A stretch of 64,000 nucleotides of DNA from an uncultured Pseudohongiella sp. (GCA_965206945.1 OZ242251.1:110549-174548); one strand, 5' to 3'; shown: positions 36,956 through 46,136, counted from the stretch's first letter. The notes: generated by a model not told the origin, from the sequence alone. A program made the numbers and translations.

Positions 36956-37458
36956 GCGCAGATCAATTATCCATGTTCGAAGTCGACGCTGAAGTAGGAA
37001 TAATACCTGGCGCCAAGTCGAAATCTTTTACCGTTTCTTTAAGCAGAACGTTTGCAGCCCCGGCAGAGAAAATATTCGATAGATGGCTTATACCAACCTT
37101 TGTCGGTAACTGGATGTTCGGGACACACTTAGGCAATGAAAAAATACTCGACTTACAGAACGAAGTCCGCCCGGGTGGCACATTCATTTATCGCATCGAG
37201 CGAAACGAGAAAGAAATCACCCATGACGGTGAATATTTGCAAATAGACCGACCAAAGCGACTCAGTTTTAGCTGGCAGGAAAGTGCCAGGAAGCATGCGA
37301 ACAAGAGCAAGATCAATTTGAGTCTCGACCCACAACACGGCAAAACTAAATTGAAGCTTTCAATCCAAATTGACCAGGCGCTGGTTCATTACAGTGAAGA
37401 AATTAGACAGCAGTGGTCCGAACGACTAAAAGCTCTATCCTGTCAAGTGAGCAAATAG
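36952..37458 (+). CDS. SRPBCC/AHSA1-type (START-like) ligand-binding-fold protein.
   Basis: 168 aa. The ATGA start overlaps the upstream stop by 4 nt. The pattern FAAPAEKIFDRWL...GGTFIYRI...GEYLQIDRPKRLSFSW is typical of the Aha1/SRPBCC family. Confidence 0.7.
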   Translation: MSADQLSMFEVDAEVGIIPGAKSKSFTVSLSRTFAAPAEKIFDRWLIPTFVGNWMFGTHLGNEKILDLQNEVRPGGTFIYRIERNEKEITHDGEYLQIDRPKRLSFSWQESARKHANKSKINLSLDPQHGKTKLKLSIQIDQALVHYSEEIRQQWSERLKALSCQVSK

Positions 37459-37510
37459 CGCACTGGCCTGCTCTTCTGCAAGCCAGATTTTCCCCTCGCT
37501 TTCAGATTTT

Positions 37511-38923
37511 CTAAAGTCCTGTATTAGATGCCTGTGCCTGCTGAACAGTCAACTCTGCTGCGAATGGCAGAATATAGCCATCGGCCAGGTTTTGCTTGAC
37601 TACTTTTCGCACTGCATTTACATAAGTTTCTTTATCTGGATAGAGTATATCCAAAGTTTCTGAATCGAATGCCTGGTGTGAACCGTACAGGCCACAAAAC
37701 CTGTTGCTGCCATTGTTCATGCCTGTGTTCTTGGCTGTAGCCACCACATGCTCGGCGAGGCGTATACCTCCAAGTACATTGCCGTGTTTATCACGCGCGA
37801 ATTCTACCTTAGGCATCATGCGCGTCAATTGAAGTCTATCCGAAGTGGGTGGCGCCATATCATCACGAATCCACACAAGCAAATGTTCGAAAGCCGCATT
37901 CATCACATCACGAAATGGTACTCGACTGTAGGTGGGTAAATCGCAAGCTTGATCTCTAGGCTGAACATCATCTACAGGCAATCCTTCGCGTAAATTCCGA
38001 ACCTTGCCATATTCAATTTCGAACAGAATATCCGCATGAGAGCTTCCTGCCACTTCCCATTGACGAAAAGTTTCCGTATCTGGTTGCGGTGTTGCGGCAC
38101 GGCGCGCCATGTCGGTTTCCGCCATGATTTTGAATATCTTAACTGCTTGATCGTCTCTTATACGTCCGCCGCCACCGTGAACCATCACTCCATCGTAGAC
38201 GGGTTCAAGAGGATGTACATTATTTAGATAGATGGCTAAACGACTTGCAGACTGGGAATGTCCAGTCGCTATGATTTGCTCAGCCTTGAGCCCGTCCAGC
38301 ATGTCGACTTCCCCAGCCACTGAAGATTCCCCCACCCGGTTAATCGCTTTTCCAACCGCAGAAAATATATCGTAGGAAAGTTCATCGCGACTAAGCATAC
38401 CGTCGTGGGTCGTATCCAGAGAACCGTAACGAGCAGAACTCCACTGCTTCATGGTATCGATGCCCATCTGTTGAGCAGACACCGCTACATAGGCATAGCC
38501 GTTGCGAATAAAATGCGCACCAGACTGCCACCAATCGATATCTTTGTCAGGCCCACCAGTCACATTGATCCATTCAACTATGACGATGCCATTAAATTTT
38601 TCAGCAGCTTCAGGTCTACGTACGATAAGACGAGTCTTATAGCGGTGTCCGCTATCCAATACTTCAGCGGTTTCCAATTCTGCTCTGCTGTAGCGATTGG
38701 CTCTTCCTTCGACAAAGTATTCTTCTTCCAGATAGCCATTACCAGTCAGTTCGATGGCGCTGGCGCTATAAATTGTATTGAGAGTACCGCTGCCAGCTTC
38801 ATCTGCAACTATAGGACCTGTGATTTTCGCAGAAGAAACTTCCGCATTTACTACTCCACCCAGAAAGCACAATGAAGTAGTCAAGGCTAGATATTTACCT
38901 AATAATTGATACTTGTTGTTCAT
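37511..38923 (-). CDS. Secreted alpha/beta-hydrolase-fold protein of unknown specificity.
   Basis: 470 aa. Signal peptide (LTTSLCFLGGVVNA/EV). Nucleophile-elbow-like GHSQS. The start lies 41 nt downstream of the stop of the SBP gene on the same strand. Confidence 0.65.
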   Translation of the reverse strand: MNNKYQLLGKYLALTTSLCFLGGVVNAEVSSAKITGPIVADEAGSGTLNTIYSASAIELTGNGYLEEEYFVEGRANRYSRAELETAEVLDSGHRYKTRLIVRRPEAAEKFNGIVIVEWINVTGGPDKDIDWWQSGAHFIRNGYAYVAVSAQQMGIDTMKQWSSARYGSLDTTHDGMLSRDELSYDIFSAVGKAINRVGESSVAGEVDMLDGLKAEQIIATGHSQSASRLAIYLNNVHPLEPVYDGVMVHGGGGRIRDDQAVKIFKIMAETDMARRAATPQPDTETFRQWEVAGSSHADILFEIEYGKVRNLREGLPVDDVQPRDQACDLPTYSRVPFRDVMNAAFEHLLVWIRDDMAPPTSDRLQLTRMMPKVEFARDKHGNVLGGIRLAEHVVATAKNTGMNNGSNRFCGLYGSHQAFDSETLDILYPDKETYVNAVRKVVKQNLADGYILPFAAELTVQQAQASNTGL

Positions 38924-38964
38924 GAAATCTCCGAGATGTTGTCAAGGTGAGAACTTGCTGTTCG

Positions 38965-40680
38965 CTATTGCCAGGAGCGCACCAGCTCATCGTAGTCTAC
39001 CGTTATTCCCTGTGGTTTTTCGTTTGCCAGTTTTGGCTTGGGTGCGCCGGGCTGATTTAACCAGTATTCACGACTCTGCGGTTCATTCAACTGTGGGCCA
39101 CAAGCACCTAATACCCCAGCTCTTTGCAATCTCTGCAAAAGACGTTCTTGAGCAACTGCCAAGGCGGTCATCGCCTCCTGAGCTGTCTTGGCGCCAGAAG
39201 ACGCATCTCCTATATTCTGCCACCACAATTGAGCGAGACGGGGATAATCGGGCACATTGGTTCCCGTAGGAGTCCATTGAACCCGCGCTGGAGAACGATA
39301 GAATTCAACCAGGCCACCTAGTTCGGCAGAGCGTTCGCTAAAACTCTCGTGACGAATATCGGAGTCACGGATAATGGTGAGGCCGACATGACTCTTTTTC
39401 AGCGAAACCGTCTTGGAGGTAACAAACTGGGCATACAACCAGGCCGCCTTGGCTCTACCTACAGGAGTGGAGTTCATCAGGGTCCAGGCGCCAGCATCTT
39501 GATAACCGAGTTTCTGCCCTTCTTCCCAATAAGCACCATGGGGGGACGGAGCCATTCGCCATTTTGGCGTGCCATCATCATTCATCACTGGCAGACCAGG
39601 AAGCACCATGTCGGCTGTGAAAGTTGTGTACCAGAAAATCTGTTGCGCAATATTGCCCTGGGCCGGAACAGGGCCAGCTTCGCTAAAAACCATCCCTGCT
39701 GCCTCAGGTGGAGCATAGCGCTGCAACCAATCCACGTATTTCGTCACCGAATAAACTGCCGCCGGGCCATCTGTTGCTCCACCACGCTCGACCGTAGATC
39801 CTACCGGTCTACAACCATCGACACGCAAGCCCCATTCATCGACTGGAAATCCATTGGGGCTGCCTTTGTCCCCAGCACCAGCCATCGACAACCAGGCATC
39901 AGTAAACCGCCATCCCAGTGAAGGATCTTTTTTACCGTAGTCCATGTGTCCGTATATTTTTTGACCATTGATCTCGCCAACATCATTAGTGAAAAACTCA
40001 GCGATATCCTCATAGGCGGACCAGTTTACTGGAACACCCAGTTCATAACCGAACCTGCCAAGAAACCGTTGCTTTAGTTCCGGGTCTGTAAACCAGTCAT
40101 AACGAAACCAGTAGAGATTGGCGAATTGCTGATCCGGCAACTGATAAACTTTACCGTCTGGGCCTGTAGTAAAAGACAGCCCGATAAAATCTTCAAGATC
40201 CAGGGTCGGCGAGGTTACGTCACTGGCTTCGGCCGCCATCCAGTCGCTAAGATTCCTAACTTGTTGATAGCGAAAATGCGTGCCGATCAAGTCAGAGTCA
40301 TTCACATAGGCATCGTAAATATTTTCACCAGACTGCATCTGTGTTTGCAGCTTTTCAACCACGTCACCTTCGCCTATCAGGTCATGGGTTACTTGAATTC
40401 CGGTTATCTCCGAGAAGGCTTTCGCCAACACCCGGGCTTCATATTCGTGAGTGCTAATGGTCTCCGATACAACCTTAATTTCCATGCCGACAAAAGGCCT
40501 TGCCGCATCAATAAACCACTGCATCTCCGCCAACTGCTGTTCATGGTTTAATGTAGACGGTTGAAATTCTGGTAGCCAGCGCTCAGCATCCTCAACATCG
40601 GCGGATGTTGTGACCACCGTTGAGCATAGAACTGCGCAACCAAGCAGTATTCCAGGAACTTTCAGTTCATCAGAAAACAT
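38965..40680 (-). CDS. glpV: Large ABC-transporter substrate-binding protein, GlpV-type (glycerol ABC transporter).
   Basis: 571 aa. It has an N-terminal hydrophobic segment, sits immediately after a DUF2160 gene, and lies on the same strand as GlpSTPQ-like genes and glpD. The symbol is inferred from architecture and context. Confidence 0.65.
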   Translation of the reverse strand: MFSDELKVPGILLGCAVLCSTVVTTSADVEDAERWLPEFQPSTLNHEQQLAEMQWFIDAARPFVGMEIKVVSETISTHEYEARVLAKAFSEITGIQVTHDLIGEGDVVEKLQTQMQSGENIYDAYVNDSDLIGTHFRYQQVRNLSDWMAAEASDVTSPTLDLEDFIGLSFTTGPDGKVYQLPDQQFANLYWFRYDWFTDPELKQRFLGRFGYELGVPVNWSAYEDIAEFFTNDVGEINGQKIYGHMDYGKKDPSLGWRFTDAWLSMAGAGDKGSPNGFPVDEWGLRVDGCRPVGSTVERGGATDGPAAVYSVTKYVDWLQRYAPPEAAGMVFSEAGPVPAQGNIAQQIFWYTTFTADMVLPGLPVMNDDGTPKWRMAPSPHGAYWEEGQKLGYQDAGAWTLMNSTPVGRAKAAWLYAQFVTSKTVSLKKSHVGLTIIRDSDIRHESFSERSAELGGLVEFYRSPARVQWTPTGTNVPDYPRLAQLWWQNIGDASSGAKTAQEAMTALAVAQERLLQRLQRAGVLGACGPQLNEPQSREYWLNQPGAPKPKLANEKPQGITVDYDELVRSWQ

Positions 40681-40721
40681 TCAAAACCCCCTTTAGGTTC
40701 TAGCCACAGTCAGTTTGGCCT

Positions 40722-41003
40722 TCATACGAATATAAAGACTAATACGGCGTAAATACAACAAACGGCCAGTCCCCACCAGAGATTCAGACCTACCAAGCCC
40801 AACCAGGCCATGCAGATAAACGCACTACCCAACAAAGAAACAAATAGCCTGTCTCCACGGGTGGTCTCAAAGCGCAATAATCCTACTCTGGGGTTACCAC
40901 CAGGACTAAAGTACTCCCAAATTGACATAGTCAGGATGAGAACTGCGATTAGCGCGAAGAAAATAGCAGTGGGCTGAGTCCAGGCCATCCAGGACAGATC
41001 CAT
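40722..41003 (-). CDS. DUF2160-type small integral membrane protein. This is the accessory gene found between the permeases and the SBP in GlpSTPQ/GlpV-type operons.
   Basis: 93 aa, 3 TM helices, motif FETTRGDRLFVSLL. GAGGG lies 5 nt upstream of the ATG. Confidence 0.7.
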   Translation of the reverse strand: MDLSWMAWTQPTAIFFALIAVLILTMSIWEYFSPGGNPRVGLLRFETTRGDRLFVSLLGSAFICMAWLGLVGLNLWWGLAVCCIYAVLVFIFV

Positions 41004-41149
41004 TCATACCCTCGACAATATTTTTGAGTAATTATAAAAGGCCTGAGCTTAGCAAAATTTTACTCTCACCCCAATTATTTATATGCCAGGTTTCTATGCC
41101 AGCTACCCAATCCAATTCGACCAGACAAAGCAGTCTCGTTCAATCGATT

Positions 41150-41386
41150 CTTTCACGCTCTGTCGAGGAAGGATCCACGTTGACAACCGGGCTAATCCCC
41201 TGGACTAGTGCGGGCACCTTCTACGCTACCACGCTGGGTGTGCCAGTGCTTGATCATTTACCTTAGGCCTTTTTCAACTATCTCAACGAATTTGTATCAA
41301 TTGGCCTCGCCGCTTTAGGCACCGGTTTATTACGGCGGTTCAACTCCGCGATTGACGCAGAGCCGGATCAAGCCCTCATTAGTTAA
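41150..41386 (+). pseudogene. C-terminal remnant of an NhaC-family Na+/H+ antiporter gene, with an in-frame TAG at 41264-41266.
   Basis: SRSVEEGSTLTTGLIPWTSAGTFYATTLGVPVLDHLP*AFFNYLNEFVSIGLAALGTG... resembles the conserved NhaC tail (LIPW..G.Y....LGV....Y.P.AFFN). Nothing is present for the roughly 85% of the protein that should lie N-terminal to it. Confidence 0.55.
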
Positions 41387-43904
41387 GTTTACTCCGGTAC
41401 AGCTGTCGCGCTTCTTCAAACTGTGCAAAAACGTGTGACTTTTCAGTTTCAGAGCGCCAACCCGGCCAGGCATCCGCTAATTCTTGTAATTTATCTATCC
41501 ATCTAATCGCATAGTCTACGGATTGTGGATTGCGAATTGCCTGGTTACCCACTTGAAACCAGACGGGATTGGTAAATGCCTGAGCATAAGCCACGTCCAG
41601 AGGGAATCGTTCAGTGGGCCTCCCCTCGGTACGCAGATGACACCAACCACTGCGTTCAATAGTAAGCTCGAAGGAAATATCGAGACTGTTAGCATTTCTA
41701 CGTAACGGAAAAGTTTGTAGCAGTTCTCCATTACAAACCAAGGCGAGTTCTTGCAGATCGGTAATTGAACGCAGCCTGCCACTAATAGTCACTTCGCCAC
41801 CTTCTGCCCCTAGCTGAACTGTGTCCCCAGGCATTGACGTACCAACCTGCATTTCCAATAAGGGGCCGGAACTGACAAAGGCACGGCCTCGTTTCAGAGC
41901 GTTAAACCAGGCATCCATAGTCAAACCCAAATTACCCGTGTAAACATAGGTTCTAAATGAGCCCATCAACTTGCTGCGATGCAGTGAGGAAATCGAGTCT
42001 TCTCCACCCGTGGCGGTGACACGCAAGCCATTATTCCAAACTGCATAGAGAGGATAAAACCCCGCTGTGGCGGAGTCGGACCATTCCAGTGCATCGGCCG
42101 TACCCAGGGCCGCATCTACCATAAAACCCTTGCCACCACCCAGACTAGCTTCTAATGGATCTATTTCTCCCAGATAGGGGTGTACATAACCAGTTATGGC
42201 GCCTTGTACTTTTGCCTTTAAGAACATATCGGTATTGCTGGGATAAAGGCTTTCAATTGCAGTCCCTTCATAGCCGGTTACGAAGGGCGAGATCAGATGC
42301 TCACGCATGCCAAACATAAACACATGACCATAGAACGGTGGCCTGTACTCCTGGCCAACTACGACTATCTGATCCTCTTCAGAAACCGGGTGCGCTCCAC
42401 CACCAGGCACAAAGAACTGATAGTCCAGGATGCGATTGTCCTTATTGGCTACTTGCTCCAACACCAGATCCTGGTCTTCTGATCGTGACATCATCATCAA
42501 ATTTTCAAGGGTATTGTGTAAATTGCCTCCGTAGTTCGCGTGAACATGAGTCGAGGCACTGTACCAACCTTTGGCTCCCATATCAGTCATCTGCTGAAGT
42601 TCGACGCTTAGCTGTGTTACTTCTCCCTCCTTAATATCGACACTGTGCTTTTGCGGAAAATATTCAAAACCCTTCACAAAATCTAAAGACGCCTCTCCAA
42701 CGGGCAAACTGATTTCGAAGTCGCCCGCGTTGTGAAAGATTAGATCCCCACGGGTTCCTGCACGGGCGTAGACATCATTCGGCGTGTAGAACTTGCCATC
42801 TGCGGCCCGAAGATGCACGCGATTATGGGTAGTAGCACCATTACCGTCAGTAACATGTACTTTCAAAATTCCCATAGGACGTTTAAAATGCAACTCACTA
42901 ATATCAACTGAAACCAGTTTTCCTCCATAGGTTTCCAGCAACTTAAGCTGCGGCAAACCTTCTTCGTTAGAAATAAAAGCAATCCATTCTCCGTCAGGTG
43001 ACCAACGCGGATGGAAGGCATCGTGCTGAAAGAATGTCATCTTGTACGGCGCGCCACCTTTAGTGGATTGCACATAGAGATTATTGAATTGATCGGCGGA
43101 CCCGCTGGTAGACGTGTAAACAAAACGACGCCCATCGATGGATACGTCAGGCCGCGTTCGATACAAGGTTTGTTCTGCAAGTACAGTGCTGGCCTGTAAG
43201 ATACCATCTTCAACTGCGGGAACACGTAGTACATTTCCTGAACCCAAGGGCACGTTGCGGTTGGAGATCAGCAGCAGTTCATTGCCACTGGGCAGCCAGG
43301 CTGGTGTTAAGTGCATGTCTCCACTGCCGAAATACAGTCTATTGCTCCCGTATTCATTGTCACGGCTTATCGCTACCGGCTCCCCATTCCATCGTCCATT
43401 AGCGATAGTTCTTACGTAGACATTGAAATACCCGTTTGGCTTGGTGGACACATAGGCCACTTTACTACCATCTGGAGAGAACACCGGATCAGCGTAAACA
43501 GCCTGATCGTCGGTGAGCTTGTGTGAAACGCCCGTTGCGGTATCGAGAATTTCGAGTTGTATGCGTTGATGTGCATAGTCGGCCGTGTAAATAATCCAGC
43601 GTCCATCTGGTGACCAATCAGGGGAAGAATGGTAGGCCTCACTGTGGCTAAGCTCATAAGCACTTCCAGTGGAGGGATCTACTTTCCAGATACCGCCATG
43701 CATGGCAACAGCAATCCACTGCCCGTCTGGCGACCAGTCCGGGGCCCAGGGAGTGGCACTGGGTGAGGGAGGAAAGTAAAAGTTGTGCATATAGTTACCA
43801 CCACTGCGAGCCGCAGGGTAGAAACGTACTTGTGCCAACAAGTCGGCACTGAGCAGACTCAAGGCAAGGAATAGAACTAAACGATGGCGTTGGAAATATT
43901 TCAT
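41379..43904 (-). CDS. Periplasmic fusion protein: TolB-like (PD40/WD40-like) beta-propeller repeats plus a C-terminal PHP/CehA-McbA-type metallohydrolase-like domain.
   Basis: 841 aa. Signal peptide. Repeated motifs PDWSPDGQWIAV, PDWSPDGRWIIYTAD, PVFSPDGSKVAYVS, PRWSPDGEWIAFISN. Later the block ASTHVHANYGGN (H-x-H). Confidence 0.7.
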   Translation of the reverse strand: MKYFQRHRLVLFLALSLLSADLLAQVRFYPAARSGGNYMHNFYFPPSPSATPWAPDWSPDGQWIAVAMHGGIWKVDPSTGSAYELSHSEAYHSSPDWSPDGRWIIYTADYAHQRIQLEILDTATGVSHKLTDDQAVYADPVFSPDGSKVAYVSTKPNGYFNVYVRTIANGRWNGEPVAISRDNEYGSNRLYFGSGDMHLTPAWLPSGNELLLISNRNVPLGSGNVLRVPAVEDGILQASTVLAEQTLYRTRPDVSIDGRRFVYTSTSGSADQFNNLYVQSTKGGAPYKMTFFQHDAFHPRWSPDGEWIAFISNEEGLPQLKLLETYGGKLVSVDISELHFKRPMGILKVHVTDGNGATTHNRVHLRAADGKFYTPNDVYARAGTRGDLIFHNAGDFEISLPVGEASLDFVKGFEYFPQKHSVDIKEGEVTQLSVELQQMTDMGAKGWYSASTHVHANYGGNLHNTLENLMMMSRSEDQDLVLEQVANKDNRILDYQFFVPGGGAHPVSEEDQIVVVGQEYRPPFYGHVFMFGMREHLISPFVTGYEGTAIESLYPSNTDMFLKAKVQGAITGYVHPYLGEIDPLEASLGGGKGFMVDAALGTADALEWSDSATAGFYPLYAVWNNGLRVTATGGEDSISSLHRSKLMGSFRTYVYTGNLGLTMDAWFNALKRGRAFVSSGPLLEMQVGTSMPGDTVQLGAEGGEVTISGRLRSITDLQELALVCNGELLQTFPLRRNANSLDISFELTIERSGWCHLRTEGRPTERFPLDVAYAQAFTNPVWFQVGNQAIRNPQSVDYAIRWIDKLQELADAWPGWRSETEKSHVFAQFEEARQLYRSKLN

Positions 43905-44110
43905 GGGCCTTCAGGCTCCTGCTAAAAGTTTGATTCCACAGATGTACGGCTCGAAAAAGGCAGGAGCAAGACTATAACAAACTACCAGCAATGGCATTAG
44001 TTTTGGTGAAGTGTGTCATGGTGAAGCAAAACTGCACGGTAGTCGTTTTCGCCAAATAAAGACGACAACGCAAGAAATATTGATGCTGTATAAGCTTATA
44101 ACGACACCGA

Positions 44111-45745
44111 TCAATAAGTCGGGTCATACATCAGAGAAAAGATATACTGGCGTAGATCCCGAGGTTTGAAAATCCCTGCCAGCTTTTTTTCGATTGCAAT
44201 ATCGGCAACCACTACAGCTATTTCCAGCGACACCTCGCGTATGCTCGATAACGGAGGATATAGCGAACCGGCATCGAGATCACTCTGGCTTACAGAGTCG
44301 GCCAGGGCATTTGCTGCGCCAAGAAACATCGCGTCTGTTATTTTGCTTGCCTGGCATGCAATAGCCCCCAATCCCACGCCAGGAAAAACGTAGGCATTAT
44401 TACCTTGTCCAGGATGGAGTTTTTTGCTGCCTATTTCTACCGCTGCGAATGGACTGCCACTGGTAAATATCGCTCTGCCATCGCTCCAGGTGTAAGCCTG
44501 CTCTGCTGTGCATTCAGCACGGGAGGTAGGATTAGATAGTGCAAACAAGGCTGGCCTTTCGTTGATCTCAGACATCAGTCGAATTATTTCTTCGGTAAAC
44601 GTCCCTGGCGCGCCAGTTGCACCAATAAGAACATGTGGCTTTAGTGTCTTTACCGCATTCGTGAATTCGAACTGCTCACAATCATGGGCATACGCCAGGT
44701 TGTGCGACATAAGATCCTTACGACTTTTCACCACCAGCCCATCTTTATCGACAAACCACAGTCGTTTAACCGCTTGCTCTCTGGTCAATCCCTGTTCCAT
44801 AAAGGCCGAAACCATTAGATCGCCTATTCCCGTCGCGGCCGAACCCGCTCCGAGAAACATAATACGCAGGTCCTTGAAATCAACATGGGAAATACGAGAA
44901 GACGCATAGACACCGGCAAGAGTTACCACTGCCGTCCCTTGAATATCATCGTTAAAACACAACACGCGGTCTCGATAGATTTCGAGTAGCTTATAAGCGT
45001 TAGGAGTTAGAAAGTCTTCAAACTGCACAAGCGCCTTGGGAAACTTGTCTTGCACGGCACAGATGAATTCTTCGACTAATTCCAGATACGCATTCCCGAC
45101 GATGCGCTTTTGAGGATAACCAAGATAAAGAGGGTCATTTAACAACTCTTCGTTGTTCGTTCCTACATCCAACATAACCGGCAGACATTGATGAGGGTAT
45201 ATACCAGCACAAGCTGAATAAAGCGCCAGCTTCCCTATCGGGATACCCATGCCGTTTGAACCAAGATCACCGAGACCAAGAATTCGCTGACCATCGGTTA
45301 CTACAATCACTCTCACATCATCTTCGGGCCAGTTGTCGAGGATATGTCTGATTTCCCCTCTATCGGCCGGTGTTATATAGAAGCCTTTTGGTTTGCGGAA
45401 AATATGGGCAAACTCCTTACATGCCTGCCCGACAGTAGGGGTATAAATAAGTGGCAATATTTCGTCGATGTTATCGATGACGGTGCGGTAATAAAGACGT
45501 TCGTTACGTTCCTGTAACGCGACTAAAAAAATGTATTTCTCAATATCGAAGGCCTTGCGCCTCAAATTTTCCAAGACACGTACTTTCTGAGTTTCCATGT
45601 CACAGGCCACATAGGGAAGCAGCCCGCGTAAGCCCATTTCCTCCCGCTCTTCCCGCGTAAATGCACTGGACTTATTTGTTGCAGCATCGTTAATCAGAGC
45701 ATAACTCTTGTTATTTGGCATTGCTAACTTTCCTTTTTGGTTCAT
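44111..45745 (-). CDS. maeA: NAD(P)-dependent malic enzyme (large, SfcA/MaeA type).
   Basis: 544 aa. LYYR...IYTPTVG, VVTDGQRILGLGDLG, FNDDIQGTA, FLGAGSAATGIG, ALSNPTS. The start could instead be the second Met at 45721. Confidence 0.88.
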   Translation of the reverse strand: MNQKGKLAMPNNKSYALINDAATNKSSAFTREEREEMGLRGLLPYVACDMETQKVRVLENLRRKAFDIEKYIFLVALQERNERLYYRTVIDNIDEILPLIYTPTVGQACKEFAHIFRKPKGFYITPADRGEIRHILDNWPEDDVRVIVVTDGQRILGLGDLGSNGMGIPIGKLALYSACAGIYPHQCLPVMLDVGTNNEELLNDPLYLGYPQKRIVGNAYLELVEEFICAVQDKFPKALVQFEDFLTPNAYKLLEIYRDRVLCFNDDIQGTAVVTLAGVYASSRISHVDFKDLRIMFLGAGSAATGIGDLMVSAFMEQGLTREQAVKRLWFVDKDGLVVKSRKDLMSHNLAYAHDCEQFEFTNAVKTLKPHVLIGATGAPGTFTEEIIRLMSEINERPALFALSNPTSRAECTAEQAYTWSDGRAIFTSGSPFAAVEIGSKKLHPGQGNNAYVFPGVGLGAIACQASKITDAMFLGAANALADSVSQSDLDAGSLYPPLSSIREVSLEIAVVVADIAIEKKLAGIFKPRDLRQYIFSLMYDPTY

Positions 45746-46136
45746 GGCTCATCGATTTTTTGATCATTGAACCATGCATTGAATCATGCTTAATCGATCG
45801 ATGGCGCTGTTTCACTTGCCAAGGCAGATTAAGACCGGTAAGCCGTAAATTCATTTCCATAATTCGCACTCTTTTTGTTAAATAGATCAAATACAAATCA
45901 CCATTTCTCAGTATTAGTGAAATCGATTCTCATTATCGAGATGCTTGATATTGCTCCATGTATTTGTACTATCTGTTTGTTTATATGCTGACTCATATCA
46001 GCGTTTAGCAAAGGTATCAATTGCAAATTGGCAGTCTTTTTATGAGATTTTTTATCTCTCTCCCGGCCTATGTAGGCTCAAGTTTTCGAACTTAAAAGCA
46101 AGGAACCAATTCACCATGAAGCAGAAACTTAGCTTT

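Noticed and set aside
41014-41029. An exact 16-mer gacaatatttttgagt shared with 58856-58871. Both copies lie upstream of minus-strand genes (the DUF2160 gene and the class-V aminotransferase gene), which suggested a common operator.
   Set aside because: With about 4x10^9 position pairs on both strands in 64 kb and 4^16 = 4.3x10^9, about one chance 16-mer match is expected, and more in AT-rich DNA. The distances to the start codons also differ (11 versus 70 nt).
43912-43921. caggctcctg (the terminal-repeat 10-mer of the MITE-like element) immediately upstream of the 841-aa gene start. It could be a solo terminal repeat.
   Set aside because: Only 10 nt match and no element body is present on either side. 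On the coding strand it reads gcAGGAGcc, so it is more simply the Shine-Dalgarno region of that gene.
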